A stretch of DNA of 64,000 bases from the NCBI RefSeq assembly GCF_030028105.1, contig NC_092381.1, positions 46,291,474 through 46,355,473 on the forward strand, read 5' to 3'. Source of the DNA: Mobula birostris. Its lineage: Eukaryota. This document shows, piece after piece, positions 36,281 to 50,615 of this stretch (position 1 is the first letter of the stretch; each line of letters begins with the position of its first letter). The notes below the pieces were generated by a model that was not told where the DNA came from, did not search any database, and saw only the letters and a list, made by a program, of their open reading frames with translations. The translations under genes and the position numbers were made by a program.

Positions 36281-37012
36281 GTAAGTTTTAGTTCGTGATT
36301 TTGTTTGAGATTCCCTTTCTCCATCAAAAAGGATTGTTGTGTGTGCTTTATAGCACTGATAGTAATCTTGATCTCTTGGTAAAGAGAAGATCATTATCAA
36401 AACCAAAACACTTGATCAATTAATCTAGTGCATTGTCTTTGCCTGTTGATAATTTTAAAACCTCCTATCAATTGTTGTAAAATATCTGATATTTAAATGT
36501 TGTGATAAGCTCCCATCATAAATTGAAAATATTGCTAAATGTGATCTATTAAAAGCATTAGATGTTTATAATGTGGAAAGCAAAAATACATGGAGAAGAG
36601 GAAGGTAATGGTAAAAGAGGAATTTCAGTGGCTTTAAACTTACTGTATTTTTTTTTACCTGTTTCCATGTATTTATTCATTTTCATTATGTTTTTGGATC
36701 AATTTCCTTGGATGCCAATTTATTATATCTGTGACTTGATGATAAGGAGTATATCCTTTTTTTATTTAGCTCTTCTGAAGATAATAACAAAAGCTGGTAT
36801 ATAGTTTTGTGTTACTCAAGTTCTCTGCCCATTCTGTAATCCTTGATTTAATTTAAAGTCTGTGCATCTTTCTTTTATCTTCCTTTAGGAGTTAATTTTT
36901 ATACCTTTAACCACTGAACACTAATAATATTGCAAAATAAGTTTCAGTTATAATAACGTTCAGTTTTGATGTAGTAAATTTATTTTAATCATATCTCTAC
37001 GTTTGGGTACAG

Positions 37013-37169
37013 GATTGATAAGGATGGTGAAGAGTCTTCTGAAGATGAATTTATTCCAGACAATGAGAAAGGCAGTGGAAGTAGCAGTGAGAATGAGCAG
37101 CAAGATGATGACGATTCTGTGTCCATTAGGAAGTCTGTAAGGAGAACACCAAAGTGGAGAACAAAAATG
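37013..37169 (+). CDS. ORC1: ORC1 coding exon 7 (acidic linker)
   Basis: tacag|G; IDKDGEESSEDEFIPDNEKGSGSSSENEQQDDDDSVSIRKSVRRTPKWRTKM; ATG|GTATGT; 157 nt. Confidence 0.85.
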
Positions 37170-37221
37170 GTATGTTAACAACACAAGCTGTTATCAGACC
37201 GGGGGTGCGGGGGGGGGGGGG

Positions 37222-37455
37222 GCGTTGGTGGTGCATGCTAGCATAACACTATTACAGCGCTAGTGATGTTGGTTCAGTTCCTCCGCGATCTGTAAGGAGT
37301 TTGTAAGTTTTCCCTATGACCGTATGAGCTTCCTCCCATATTCCAAAGATGTTTGACTTAGTAGAATGATTGGTTATATGGATGTAATTTGGCAGGAATG
37401 GCTCGTTGGGCTAAAAGAGTCTATGACCATACTATATCTCTAAATAAATAAAATC
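37222..37455 (+). mobile_element. V-SINE/HE1-like SINE
   Basis: Degenerate B-box ggttcagttcc; gtaaggagtttgta...cctcccatattccaaagatgt core; (TAAA)n tail; related minus copies near 30840-30995, 31140-31380 and 35560-35750. Confidence 0.6.
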
Positions 37456-37992
37456 TATGTTGACTTCATATTTATTTTGTGTTACATTATTTGTAAATAA
37501 AGGTAAGTGAATATGCTGGCACCTTTATAATGTGCATTGCAGTTAATTGTAATCAATTAAGTGTCCAAACAGATTAATCTCAACTGGATTCTCAGGGAAT
37601 GAATTTTCCAACAGGGTCACCTCGCGTAATTTAATTCATTTTTAATCTAAATGGCTATTAATATGACTTAATTTTGGATAACTGTTCCGAGAGATGTATT
37701 ATCCAAATATAATATATTCATTATTTATTATCTGCTTTTGGCATGTTTTGGAAAGCTTCACTGAAATCCAACTAAATCTAGATTGTTTTTAAACAAACAT
37801 TACTTAAGATGACTAGCTACTCTCCCCTGTGTAGCAAGTTATTAGGAATTAACATACTCTAGCCATTATAAATGGAAGAATGGGCAGATATTCAAGAGAG
37901 TGGCTGTGTATTAAAGTTATCCAGAATTGTATCTGCCGATGGTTTCATTCCAGAATGTTTTCTGTGTGTTTCCTTTCTAAAACAATTGCAAG

Positions 37993-38108
37993 CCTGGATC
38001 AAGAACACCGAGAACCCCAAGGACACCTAGGCAGCCTACTCCCCATATTCCTCGGAGAACCCAGCTGGCTAAGGAGCCTGTCAGTGTATTAGAAGAAGCC
38101 AGGGCGAG
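37993..38108 (+). CDS. ORC1: ORC1 coding exon 8
   Basis: gcaag|CCT; PGSRTPRTPRTPRQPTPHIPRRTQLAKEPVSVLEEARAR; AG|GTAGTG; the AAG acceptor is the least certain boundary. Confidence 0.88.
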
Positions 38109-38731
38109 GTAGTGAATATGTTCATTTTTGTTCATTTTCACAGGGAAATAAGGCCTTATAAAAACACAGGCTTCTCTGTTGCTGAAGGGTAGAATTTCTT
38201 AAAATTACCACATAGGCTTCTAATTGCAGTTAATCTCATTCGGACAAATGTACAGTCTTATTATGACAATTGGATAAGGTTACAGAACAAATACGTTTCA
38301 AAGTGTTGTTTAACCTAAGAATGACGTGGTCAGAGCAATGTATTGTATTGTTTAATGTTTTAAGATAACTGATGGTTCTTGTGAGTTACAGAATCTTGTA
38401 TTGCAATTATTTTTGTAAATAGGAATTAAAATGTGCTGTTAGAACAATATTTAAATTGCTAGTCTAAGTTTTTTATATTTTCTACAACATGGCTTACATA
38501 ACACTTTCAAAATATTTGTGATATAAGGCAGAATTTAAATTTATTTTCTATATTTTGGTCACCTTTAGAGTCTTCAATTAGCTCATCCAAAAAGCAAAAA
38601 TTAAGGAACTTTTAAAATACTGGGCCAAGGTTTTTTGATAAGTAGGCGTGATAAAATATTCCAAGCTGTGGGTGTCATTAGGAGAAAGTTGAGTAATTTC
38701 CAGTCCTTGGATCTGTTCCTTATGTAGATGA

Positions 38732-39031
<300 letters not shown>

Positions 39032-39295
39032 TAATCTGTGCTCCTGTCTCATTGTGGACAAACTCATCAATTGAGTGTGGGTGCTGAATGGTAAATGGCA
39101 GGAGGTTTGTTTACCACATTCAGCTTTCTACTGTGAGACTCTAGCTGACATTGAGTCCATGCCCTCCTGAATGTACACAGCTTCACTGTCATCTCTGGTG
39201 CACTGATGAAACAACATGTAATCAGGCATGGTGATGACGGAGACGTGGATGAATTTGAGCCATTGCGTTAGGTTATTGCTAAAACCACATTTCAG

Positions 39296-39680
39296 GAGGA
39301 GCTCAGTGGGTCAGGCAGCATCTGTAGAGGGAAATGGACAAACAACATTTCAGGTCAAAACTGTTCATCTGGACTAGGAGTGGAGGGGAGATGGCCATTA
39401 CAAAGAGGTGAAGGGAAAGGATGGAGCAAGAGCTGGCAAGTGACAGCTGTTTCCAGGTGAGGAGATAGGAACAGTGGGGGAAGGAGGACTCAACAGGAGG
39501 AGTGAATGGAAGATGGAATAGACGAGGAAGACAAGGAAACAGGATGATTGGGGGCTGTGGGAGTTGGTGGTTGAATGTGTGCATGAGGAACTAGGTAGAT
39601 CAGGAGGTGAGAGATGAGCAGTGGTGGAGGGGGGGAGCAGATTACCTGAAACTGGAGAAGAATGAGGTTGGAAAGTCAAG
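39296..39680 (-). mobile_element. Penelope-like 3' end, degenerate
   Basis: gagctcagtgggtcaggcagcatctgtag family motif plus purine-rich 3'UTR. Confidence 0.6.
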
Positions 39681-40254
39681 GGGTGGATATGGTGTTATTT
39701 ATGGAGAATATTTGTACCAGGAAGGCGGAAGTGATAGAAAAATCAGAGCTTGGGGCTGGAAGGGATTTATCTCAGGATGCTAAGGGAAGTAAGGGAGGAA
39801 ATTGCTGGGGTTTTGTATTTGTATCTTCATTAGCAATGGTTGAGATACCAGAAGAATGGAGGATAGCTAATGCAATGCCCTTGTTGAAAAGTGCCAGGAG
39901 GGAGAAGCCTGGAAATTATAGGCTGGTGAGCCTTACATCAATGGTAGGGAGATGTTGGAGAAGTTTCTGAAGGACAAGATTTGTGTTCACTCAGAAAGCC
40001 AGGGGCTGATTAGGGGGACCAAGCATGGTTGGTTCAGGGAGACTGAAGCTGGGGCAGTAGACACTGTCTTGGACTGTGTAAACTTTTTGAGCAAGTTTTT
40101 CACATAGGCTGTCCGGAAGGTTAATGTACAATGAGTGGAACCATGGCATTTTGATGAACCGTGTTCAAAATCATTTGGGTGATTGGAAACAGGGAGAGTA
40201 GTGGATGTGTGTTTTTTTTGGATTGAAAGTCTGTTATAAATGGCATACTGCTGA

Positions 40255-40880
40255 ATGGGGAATGGGGAATGGAGAAGGGAGAGGAGAAATTATTGGAAGT
40301 TAGATAAATCGATGATCATACCATCAGGTTGGGGGCTACGCAACTGGAACATGAGGCATTGCTGCGCCTCAGGCAGTATATGGGGCAATGCCCCTCTCGC
40401 CCTCTCCCTTCTGTCATTCCCAATTCTGGTTCCCCCCCCCCCCAATTCCTTTTCCTCACCTGCTCCACACTTTCCTCTGGTGCCCCTCCTCCTTCCATTT
40501 CTTCCATAGTCCACTGTCCTGTCCTATCCAGTTCCTCCTTCTCCTGCTCTTCACCTCTTTAACCTATCACCTCCCAGCTTCTTTCTTCATTCCCTCCATC
40601 ACCCAACCATCCATCTTCCTCCTCACCTGGTTTCACCCATCACCTGCCAGCTTGTACTCCTTTCCCTCCCCCCCGCCACCCTTCTTAGTCTGGTTTCTTC
40701 CCCCTTCTTTCCAGTCCTGATGAACAATCTCAGCCTGAAGTGTTGACTTTTTCAGTTAAACATTTCAGTGAAATGCTGACATGTTTCTTCCTGTCCGTTG
40801 ATGTTGTCTGACTTGCTGAGTTCCTCTGGCATTTTATGTGTGTTGCTCAAGATTTCCAGCATCTGCAGAATCTCTTGCGT
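40255..40880 (+). mobile_element. Penelope-like insertion: inverted GIY-YIG C-terminal piece (40255-40375, minus) plus 3' end (40385-40880, plus)
   Basis: Minus frame QQCLMFQLRSPQPDGMIIDLSNFQ*; plus strand has degenerate hammerhead cagtcCTGATGA...GAAG and the family 3' end. Confidence 0.7.
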
Positions 40881-41210
40881 TTATTATTCCTGTGAAGGCA
40901 AGTCGAAGTAAAATCCATATTGCTGTTGAAGGTCAGGGTATCCGTTATTAGTTGGTGGCAATAAACTGCTCTACTATTCCCTATGTCGGGAAAGGAAGAG
41001 AATCTAATTTATAAAACTTCAGTAAGGAATCCTGTGGAAAATGCAAAATAAAAGACAAGAAATGTGCATTAACCACAGATCTAGATTAGGAACTGAGATT
41101 TTCAATTCATGCTTAATTTTATTCAGTGTAGTCATTCTGTTTATGGATCAGGAAATAAGAATAATGAATTTTAAGCTTCTGTTAGTCAATTGACGTTTGA
41201 ACTTTCACAG

Positions 41211-41382
41211 ATGTATGTATATATCAGGAGTGCCAGGCACAGGAAAAACCGCAACAATACATGAAGTGATAAGGTGCCTACAGCAGGCAGTGAAGCAGGA
41301 AAACCTCCCATCCTTCCAGTTTATAGAAATCAATGGAATGAAGCTTACAGATCCTCACCAATGCTACGTTCAGATATTGAAG
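41211..41382 (+). CDS. ORC1: ORC1 coding exon 10 (AAA+ Walker A)
   Basis: cacag|A; [19 protein letters not shown]...[17 protein letters not shown]; AAG|GTAAGA; 172 nt. Confidence 0.97.
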
Positions 41383-41744
41383 GTAAGACATAATTTTTGT
41401 GCCAATTTATAATCATATTGTTAAATTTAAAAGCAAATGTATTAGAACAGAGAATCATACAGGTCCTTTGGCCCACAAGGACCTACTTTTAACCTACTCT
41501 CAGATCTAAATACTAGGCCTGAAGAGAGAACTATTAGTTATTATGTATAGTGTTCCTTATTCTTTGAATGTTCCATTATTTTGCAGGCAATTTTTAATAC
41601 GTTGGGGTAGATCGAATTTTCCTTTATTCCTTTCCTGTCATTCGGAATGACTATTGTGAATTCTTTATTTCTATGTTATCTTCCTGTTCTAGCCCCCCTT
41701 CCCTTAATCGCCTTAATACTCTAAACTCCATCAATATCTACCAA

Positions 41745-41894
41745 TCACAAGCAAGAGAAAATCTGAAGTGCTGGAAATCAGAGCAACACACACAAAATGC
41801 TGGGAACGCCGAAGGGCTGAAACGTCAACTGTACTTTTTTCCATAGATGCTACCGGGCCTGCTGAGTTCCTCCAGCATTTTTGTGTGTGTTGCC
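41745..41894 (-). mobile_element. Short PLE-derived palindromic insertion
   Basis: TSD TCAATATCTACCAA/TCATTATCTACCAA (41731-41744, 41895-41908); inverted arms gcaacacacacaaaatgctgg / ccagcatttttgtgtgtgttgc. Confidence 0.8.
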
Positions 41895-44703
41895 TCATTA
41901 TCTACCAAGATACATTACTGCATCTACACTTAACAATCGAACTGTGTCATGAAGACAACTGAACTTACAGCCGTTTTGAATTGTATCGAATTCCAATGAT
42001 TCTTACACTCGCGGTGAAGAAATCTCCTTGCCTCAGTGACGAATGCATTGTTTTGATTGTGACTCCTGACTTAAAATGCCCCATCCAGTGAAGCATCAAC
42101 TCTGCTCCTGTACTTAAATTTTCAGAAGGTAGTTGATGAGGTGTGTATGAACATTTATGGTGGAAGATAGAAGTTTATGGCCCAGAAGTTACATTGACAT
42201 GGATAAGGTACTGGCTTGCTAACAGGTAGCTGAGTTAGCATATGTGTGTCTTTAGTCCTCATGATTCCAGTGCCACAGAGATTAGTGCTGGTGCCTCAAC
42301 CTTTTTAAAATTTTTATGAATGATCTGGGTGAATGGAGCAAATGTATGAGTACTAAATTTGCCAGTGATATAAAGCTAGAGGACAGAAGGAGATTACAAA
42401 GGAAATTAACTAGGTTAAGTCAGTAGGCAAAGGTCTAACAAATAGAATATATGGTGGGAATGTATAGATGAAGAATTAAAGAAATTGCTTCAAAATAGTT
42501 CTCTGATCAGAAATACAAAGGAATCTTTTAAAATCTAAGAAACCTGGAAAGATCATTAAGGGCCAAAGGAATAGACTGTGATTTTTTTTTTAATGCAAAG
42601 TGTCCAGCTGGTTCAACTACTTTCTAACTTAGTGAAAAGATTTTTTTTTATTAATTGTTGTTGATAAAAATAAAGAAGTGTATACTCTTAAGTGCCGAGA
42701 GATTGAAGAATTCTGAAGTGCAGAGGATTCTGGGTATCCTAGTGCTTGATTTGCAAATGCCTGGTAAACGGGTACAGTAAGAAATTAGGAAAGCTAACAA
42801 TATTACTGTTTATTCCTAGGAGAATTGAACACAAAGGTAGAGAGGTTATGCTTTCTCTTTATGGGACTTTAGTGAGGGCATGTCTGCACAATATTGGTTT
42901 CCTTATTTAAGGAAACGTTAATGTATGGAGAATAGTTTAGATTTGAATATAAAAAGGTGGAACAAGCCAGTTAGCCCATTAGATTTACCCCACCTTTCAC
43001 CAAGACCCTGACCAATCCAGTTTTGGTCTCAGCACCACGTTCCTGCTGATTCCATATCCCTCAGAGTTTAAATATCTGTCAGTCTGCCTTGAATAATTTC
43101 AGTGAGTGCACCTCCCCAGCTCTCTGGGTACAGAAATCCAGAAATTCACAATCCTCTGAGAGAAGAAATTCTTTCTCATTTCCATTTTTGACAAGCAATC
43201 CTTTATTCTAAAACCTTGCTGCCTAGTTCTAAGTGCCACCCAATAGGGCATCATCCTCTCTGTGTGCAGCCTGTCAATTTTTCCTCATAATCATATTACA
43301 ATAAGGTCACCTCACCTTGTATTCTTATCATCACCATTGAGTTACAGGCCCAACCTGCTCACTTGTTCTTTATTTTCCTGTACTTTCGTCTGAGGACTCA
43401 ATGTAGTGCACCTTCTCTGGATTGTATTCTCTTTTTGAATATGGAGAACAAATCTGCACAGAGCTGTAGGTGCAGTCTTCAATGAAAAAATGTAGGCGCA
43501 TATCCGCAGATTAGACAAAAAGGGGCCATTTAGCTGATGTATAGAAGAATCCGGCTGAGGGGTTAAAGCAGGTTGAATTTGTTTTCCTCTTGTGGAAGAA
43601 GCTTGACCTGGGGAGATGGGGAGGTGTCACCCATCTGAAACAGATTATTTGTATTTTATTTTCTCTGAAGGTCAGTCTTTGAACCCGTCATTCAATTTCG
43701 GAGCAGATCTGAGGGGCCACGTTGCCAGCTCCTGCTCTTCATTCCTTTGAACCTTGTCAAGCCTCCTAACAATGTTGTACATTTCAAAGAAATCTCCTCT
43801 CATACTTCTAAACTCTGTGGTACACCTTAGTCTGTTTAATCTCATGTCCCACTGGGAACAATCTGGGGAAATTTTTTGTTGCATTTCTTCCATAAAATAA
43901 TAAATCCTTCAAATACATAAAGGGAGACCAGAGCCATACACAATATTCCAGAAATAGTTTCACCAAAGTTCTACACAATTAGACTGAGATGCCTTGAGGT
44001 TGTGCTCAAATTCTCCAGACTATTGATATACCTTGTGAATAGCTGGAGCCCCATGCCTGGCACTTGACACTTCACTGGTCACAGCCAATGTGAAAATGGA
44101 AAGAATACAGTAACTCCTTTTATCCCCTCCCACCATCCCTACATCCCACTTCCCTCCTCCTTCAGGAATTCCCAAAAATCTTCTGCATTAGTATTTAAAC
44201 AAGATAAGCCTAGATATGCTAAAAATGTTAAATACTAGGGGACATAGCTTTAAGGTGAGCGAGGAAATTAACAGTGCACGTGTTTTACGTAGAGAGCAGT
44301 AGTGCCTAGATGCACTGCTGGGTGGAACAGGTGCGATAGTGGCATTAAGAGCCGGATAGACAGGCACATGAACGTGCAGGGAGTGGAGGAATGTGGATCA
44401 TGTGCAGGCGGGTGGGTTAACTTAGCAAGGTCAGCACCAACATCGTGGGTCCTGGGTTCCATGTGATCATCTGACAGGTGGCACTTTTGACATTAAACAT
44501 CTCCTCACTATGAAATGAAAGTATTAGTTGAGATTACAGAACATCCGTAGTGGAGATTAAAACTAGTCTTCTGATTTGACCATGGTAACCAGGCGTTTCA
44601 GTTTACTATGGCGCACTGAACACACGGAATTCAAAGTGTACACTAGTCATTCTAAATTTTCTTTCATGTGTGACTCTTAAAGTATATGTCTTTTATTTCT
44701 ACA

Positions 44704-45442
44704 CAGTGGATTCTAGTTTGTTGGGACACACCGGGACCATATATTTTGGCTCAATTAAGCAGCTGCCCCAATTAGCCGAAGTTTCAAGGAGATAGTTAAA
44801 AAGGCAGAAAAAACCCTTTAACTAAGTAACACACTGTGTATTTAAGTCAAATACAGAACAAATTAGAACACTACTACAATACTATAGGACTGTGTATTAG
44901 TTCCTAATAGTTATCGATGGAGGAACTCATCCGGTGTATGCTGCTGTGTGGTTTTGATTAACTGTAAAATCAGCACAGGTATCCAGTACAGATAACGGAC
45001 TGCCTTCACACAATGCTTTCAACAACTGCATCCTCCAAATCCTCATTTTCATTGTGATGTTCAAGATTTTTGATACCTTTAAGTTCCTCATGGTTCCCAA
45101 CTTGCTGAAGTAGTTAGATTATTTCATTTTCACTCCCGGTTATTTCTCACCAACTACCAGTGACAAAAATCACTGCATTTTGAACGCAATTACTCACAAC
45201 TAACACTATTTAAAGGCTGTTTGCTCCATGCACAGTGTAGTGACTAAGAGCAACACAAGCACACATGAGTGACGCTAGATAGAAGCTGTTCAGCAACAGT
45301 CTCCTGTCCCAATTAAGCAGCATATTGTACAAATAACGAAGGGTATCTCGGCTATTTCCTTGATTAGTTTTTGTTCTTTAAGAATTATCCTAAATAAATG
45401 GCTGCCTCAATTAACCAATGGCCCCATTACCAGAATCCACTG
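44704..45442. mobile_element. Tigger/Tc1-mariner-type non-autonomous element
   Basis: TIRs CAGTGGATTCT / AGAATCCACTG followed by TA; subterminal caatta repeats. Confidence 0.7.
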
Positions 45443-45771
45443 TATTTTATATAAAGTAGGTTATGAAGATGTGTGCCAACTTGGCTCAGTTAGATGCCCT
45501 ATTGGGAAAAAAAACTGAGAAGCATTACTGAGGGAATGCTTTAGTGGTGCTGTTGAAATATCAATCCAAAACCATGTGCTTGTAAAAGATTCAGTATTAC
45601 AATTAAGAAAGCTCTTTTGCTGTCCAAGACAGCATTTTCCTTTAACCAAGACCATCAGAACAATTTTCCTGTGAAAATTTCCAGTGATATTTCTCAGCAA
45701 TTTAAGCATTTGTAAATGTAATTTATTATACCTTTGTATCAGCAAAGTTGTATTTTTATCGCTCTTGCTAG

Positions 45772-45879
45772 TTATTGACAGGACAGAAGGCCACTGCAGA
45801 CCATGCGGCTACGTTACTGGAGAAGCGATTTGGTACGCCAGCTCCGAAGAGGGAGTCCACGGTATTACTGGTTGACGAG
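45772..45879 (+). CDS. ORC1: ORC1 coding exon 11 (Walker B)
   Basis: gctag|TTA; [36 protein letters not shown]; GAG|GTGAGG; 108 nt. Confidence 0.96.
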
Positions 45880-46025
45880 GTGAGGATCTTCTGCAGTTGC
45901 ATTCAAAGATGCCAGTGTTGGAAGGGTGAACAGGAATCCTAACACGAATGGTTCTTTCTGTTTGCTGAAGAGGGAAAAGAATGGATGATGTGCCAGGTGG
46001 TGATGTCTTGTTGAAGGTGATAAAC

Positions 46026-47753
46026 GGTTCTGAAGGAGGTGGCTAAAGAGATTGTGGAGGCATTAGTAGTGATCTTTCAAGAATCACTAGATTCTGAAAT
46101 GGTTCTGGGGTACTGGAAAATTGCAAATGTCATTCCACTCTTTCAGAAGAAAGAGTGGCAAAAAAAACAGGAAAATTATTGGCTAGTTAGCCTGACTTCA
46201 GTGGTTGTGAAGATGTTGGAGTCCATTATTGAGGATGAGGTTTCGGGGTACTTGGAGGCACATAATTGAATAGGCCAAAGTCAGCGTGGTTTCCTCAGGG
46301 GAAATCTTGTCTGATAAATCTGATGGAATTCTTTGAGGAAATAACAGGCAGGATGGACAAAGGCAAGTCTGTGGATGTCGTTTGTTTTGATTTTCAAAAG
46401 ACCTTTGAAAAAGGGGCCACTCATGAGGCTGCGAAACAAAACTATTGCCCATGATATTACAGAAAATATACTAGCATGGATGGAAGATTGGCTGCTGCAG
46501 GAGGTGTTGGGAATAAAGGATGTTGGGACTGCTTCCTTTCACATTATTGGTCATTGAATTGGATGATGGAATTGATGGCTTTGAGGCCAAGTTTGCAGAC
46601 GATATAAAGATAGGTGGAGGGGCAGGTAATGTTGAGTAAGCATGGTATCTATAGCAAAACCTGAACAGTTTAGGAGAATGGGCAAAGAAGTAGTAGATGG
46701 ATTATAGTTTAGGGAAATGTATGACCATGCACTTGGTAGAAGGAACAAAAGCATAGACTATTTTCTAAATGGGGAGAAAATGCAAAAATCAGAGGCACAG
46801 AGAGACTTGGGAATCCTCATGCAGGATCCCTAAAGATTAACTTGCAGATTGAGATGGTAGTAAGCAAGGCAAATGCAATGTTAGCATTGATTTTGAGAGG
46901 ACTAGGATATAAGAACTGGGATGTGATGCTGAGGCTTTATAAAGCATTGGTCAGACTGCACTTGGAGTATTGTGAGCAGTTTTGGGCTCCTTATCAAAGA
47001 TCAGTGTTTGATATTGGAGAGGGTCCAGAGGAGGTTCACGAGAATGATTCCAGGAATGACACGATTAACATATGAGAACCATTTGATAGCTCTGGGCCTG
47101 TGCTCATGGAGTTTAGAAGGATGAGCAGCTATCTCATTGAAACCTATCAAATATTGAAAGTTTTTGATGGAGTGGACATGGAGAGGATGTTTCCTATAGT
47201 GGGAATGTCTAGAACCAGAGAGTACAGCCTCAGGATAGAAGGGAATCTCTTTAGAACAGAGATGAGGAGGAAGTTCTTTAGCAAGGGGTGGTGATTCTGG
47301 AATTTATTACCACAGAGCAAAGGTAGATAGGTTTTTATTTCCCACTCTGGCCTCTTACCTCTTCTCCTCACCTACCTATCACCTTCCCGGTGCCTGTCCT
47401 CCTTCCCCTTCTCCCATGGGGTCCTCTCCACTCCTATCAGATTCCTTCTTCTCCAGCCCCTTACCTTACCTATCACTTTCTAGCTAATCCTCCTTCTGTT
47501 CTCGCTCCCCCATCTTTTTATTCTGACGTCTTCCGCCTTTCTTCCCAGCCCTAAAGAGAAGTCTTGGCCTGAAATGCTGATTATTTATTCATTTCCGTAG
47601 ATACAACCTGACGTGCTGTGCTCCTCCAGCAGTTTGTGTGTGTTGCACTGGATTTCCAGCATCTGCAGAATCTCTTGTGTGTGATAGGTTCTTAATTGTT
47701 AAGGGTGTAATGAGCAGACTCAATGGGCTGAATAGCCTAATTCTGCTCTTGTC
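46026..47753 (+). mobile_element. CR1 LINE ORF2 fragment, degenerate
   Basis: WKIANVIPLFQK...NYWLVSLTS, DFQKTF, KFADD, LYKALVRLHLEYC. Confidence 0.85.
47340..47682 (+). mobile_element. Penelope-like 3' end nested in CR1
   Basis: TSD GATAGGTTTTTATT/GATAGGTTCTTAAT (47326, 47683); pyrimidine-rich 3'UTR and family terminus. Confidence 0.7.
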
Positions 47754-50615
47754 GTTGGTCAAAGGTGGTGGTGTTTTACTGAAGGTAGAAGGAATTATGG
47801 AGGATGATCTGGTGGACTCAAGGTATCGATGAAGGGAGAGGAGAGAGGGTGAGTGTGGAAGTGCTGGAATTGGAACATATGAGACAGAGCCCAGTGAACT
47901 GAAGGAGGAGCAACCATGGTTATGGCAAAAGGAAGACCACCGTAAGAGCTGGCTTGCTCAAGTGCTGTTTCTGTTTTAACCTAAGAGGCCGAAACAACAA
48001 AGCAACACAAAGGAGTAGTTGAAAACAAAGAAAAATCCTCAGTAAAAGGATTAGGTGTAGTAATGATCATTTGATAAGATGTTGCCATTAACTGGCTTAA
48101 ACAATATAATGTGCCCCTTCAGACAACTGTGGAGCCAGTAATTTTCCTTGGCAGAACCCAAGTTAAGTTATTAGTTCAATGTCAATGGTAGGTAGTTGGA
48201 CTGTTGGTACAACTGTTACTGTCTAAAGTTCACTCCTATGTTGTTCAGCTGTTGTTGCATGTAGACACATCCTGCTTCATTTTCTGAGGAGTTCCAGATC
48301 ATCAGTGGACATCTCTATTTTGGGGTCTTGAAGAATAGAAAGTCACTAATTGGGCTTGTGACACAGTCCTCGGCTTACCCTGGGGGTGAAATGATTTAAC
48401 TCTATCGGCCACATCTACGTACGGCTGTATCCAGTGGAGATTTTCAGGCTTCATTCCCATAATTTCAGTTTTACTTTCACTGACACCACATGATGCTAAC
48501 TGCTCCCTTGATGTTAAATTTATCTTGCCTTTTCTCCATCTGATCAGGTAATAAGCCTGTAAAGAGATCTGGAGTTAATTTGTTCTGAGTAGATTATTGG
48601 TAAGTGGCACTCCAAGCACTGCTGAACATATCTTCCATCGTTTTGGTGATTGATTAGCCGGGTAGACTTTGTTGTGCACTTTGAGGACAGGCTGAATTGG
48701 TGCATATTGTCACATCAGTGCCAGTTAGCTTTATTACAGTAGGTGGCTAAAGATGTACCTGGCTCTGGGACATGTGTATTTGTGTACAACCACAGTATTG
48801 TCCTGTCCTGTCCTGTCACCTTTGCAATATACAGCCGTTTCCCAAGGTCATGTGGCAGGCTTGGTGGGGAAACGTATGGAGGAGCTGAGGACGATTTCAT
48901 GGCTGGCACCCTGCGCTGCCATTATTGTTGCAGACATTGCTGGAGCTGTATCTTCCCGCAGGGTAACTAGTTGTGCACTACAGCTGGATGTGGCAGCGTT
49001 GCAAAGCTGTGATCAGATTTGTTGGTCACCGGATTGCTTAGCTCCGTCTGATGATGTCACCTCCAGTGTTTAGCCTAAAGGCCTTATTTTGCATCTTCAT
49101 CAGCTTGGCATCTCGTTTTTTTTTTGGTAGACTTGGTGTTGCTTCCAGAATGCACTTCTGCAATAACCATTAATGCAGGGTTCAACACTTGAGGTTAGTG
49201 CTGAGAATCCACTCTTTTGTGGATCTCCAGTTTTAAGCCACTTAGACTATTCTGAATATTTCCAATTTGACATATTTTCATACATTATAGAGGGTATCCT
49301 CATTAGGAAGATGGTTTCATTATTGTGAGGACTCTTAACCAATATTAACAAAAATAGATGTATTTTCTGAGGATGTGGTTAAATATAAATGACCTTCACG
49401 TAGATAATCTGGATGTTGCTACGTCCTTTAGAATGAAGCTGGCTTGAACACTGATGGTGCTGTTGAGTCATGTTTTTGTGATGAAGCCCCCTAATCAGCA
49501 TGGCAGCCCTTGCTATTCTCCATGTTCTTGCAGATCCTTTTCAGTGTTAAGGAGGACTGATTCATCATGTGAGATGAGAAGTAATCAGCAGGAAGGTTCT
49601 TCACTTGGGATTGTATCAAGGGTCTACTGATGTCCATGTGGGGACTTGCAGCAATACTCACTCCCGACTGTATATCACTGTTCTGTCACCTCTGGTGGGA
49701 CAGGATAACCAAAATTGTGGTGGAGGTTTGCTGTAATGTATGACCTTCAGAGTAGAATTCTGCTAGGCTTAACTAACGTATAGGACAAATGTCCCAGTGT
49801 AGACATGTCCTGAAATGTTTGTAAAGCGGATTTTATGGCATGGACCTTTTGTAACCTTAGTCCATTGCCCAAGTGAATGCCAGTTGTCTGGCCTTTCTCT
49901 TTTCTTATCATACTTTAATACTAGTACAACTGAGTGGCTTGAGTGAAGGTGATGTCCTCGTATCCTTACAGGAGCCTGGTGAATCAAATGAGTTTTAATG
50001 ACATTCTTGACGATTTTACTGTGTTTGCTTTTTATTCCATTTATTTACTTAACTAAGTTTACTTATCTCGCTTGATATGGTGGGACTGGCATTGCAGTTT
50101 CCTGATGCATGGTCCAAGGCTCTACATTGCTAGCCCAGTGACATAACCACAACACTACTGTCCTATCAGCAAAAAAAAAAGCACAGCGATATTCAGGAAA
50201 ACATAATTTCCAAGCTACACCACACATAATCCATATATATTACTGTTGATTTGCTGCTCAATCAATATCTTAGACTCTTTGCTTTCACACAATTGAGGAA
50301 TGATTTAACCACAGTTAAGAACAGGGTGCATCTGTAACTTGCCTATGGCATTCCCACTGAAGTACCATGAGATGTTAAGTACACTATGTAAATGCAAGTT
50401 CTTGACATACTCCAGATTCACACTGTCTCCAGGCACTCTGGGGTGGACCCACAACATTCTGTGTTTTGGGATATGTAGATAAAAGAAAATATCCAATTTT
50501 GGAATACATTCAATAACAATGTTGCTGATAAATATCTAGCAAGAAAATCAAAGATAGCCCGCTTGCTTTTTGACCTCACTCTGTAACCAATACCCAAGCT
50601 TTGTGTTTCTTTTAG

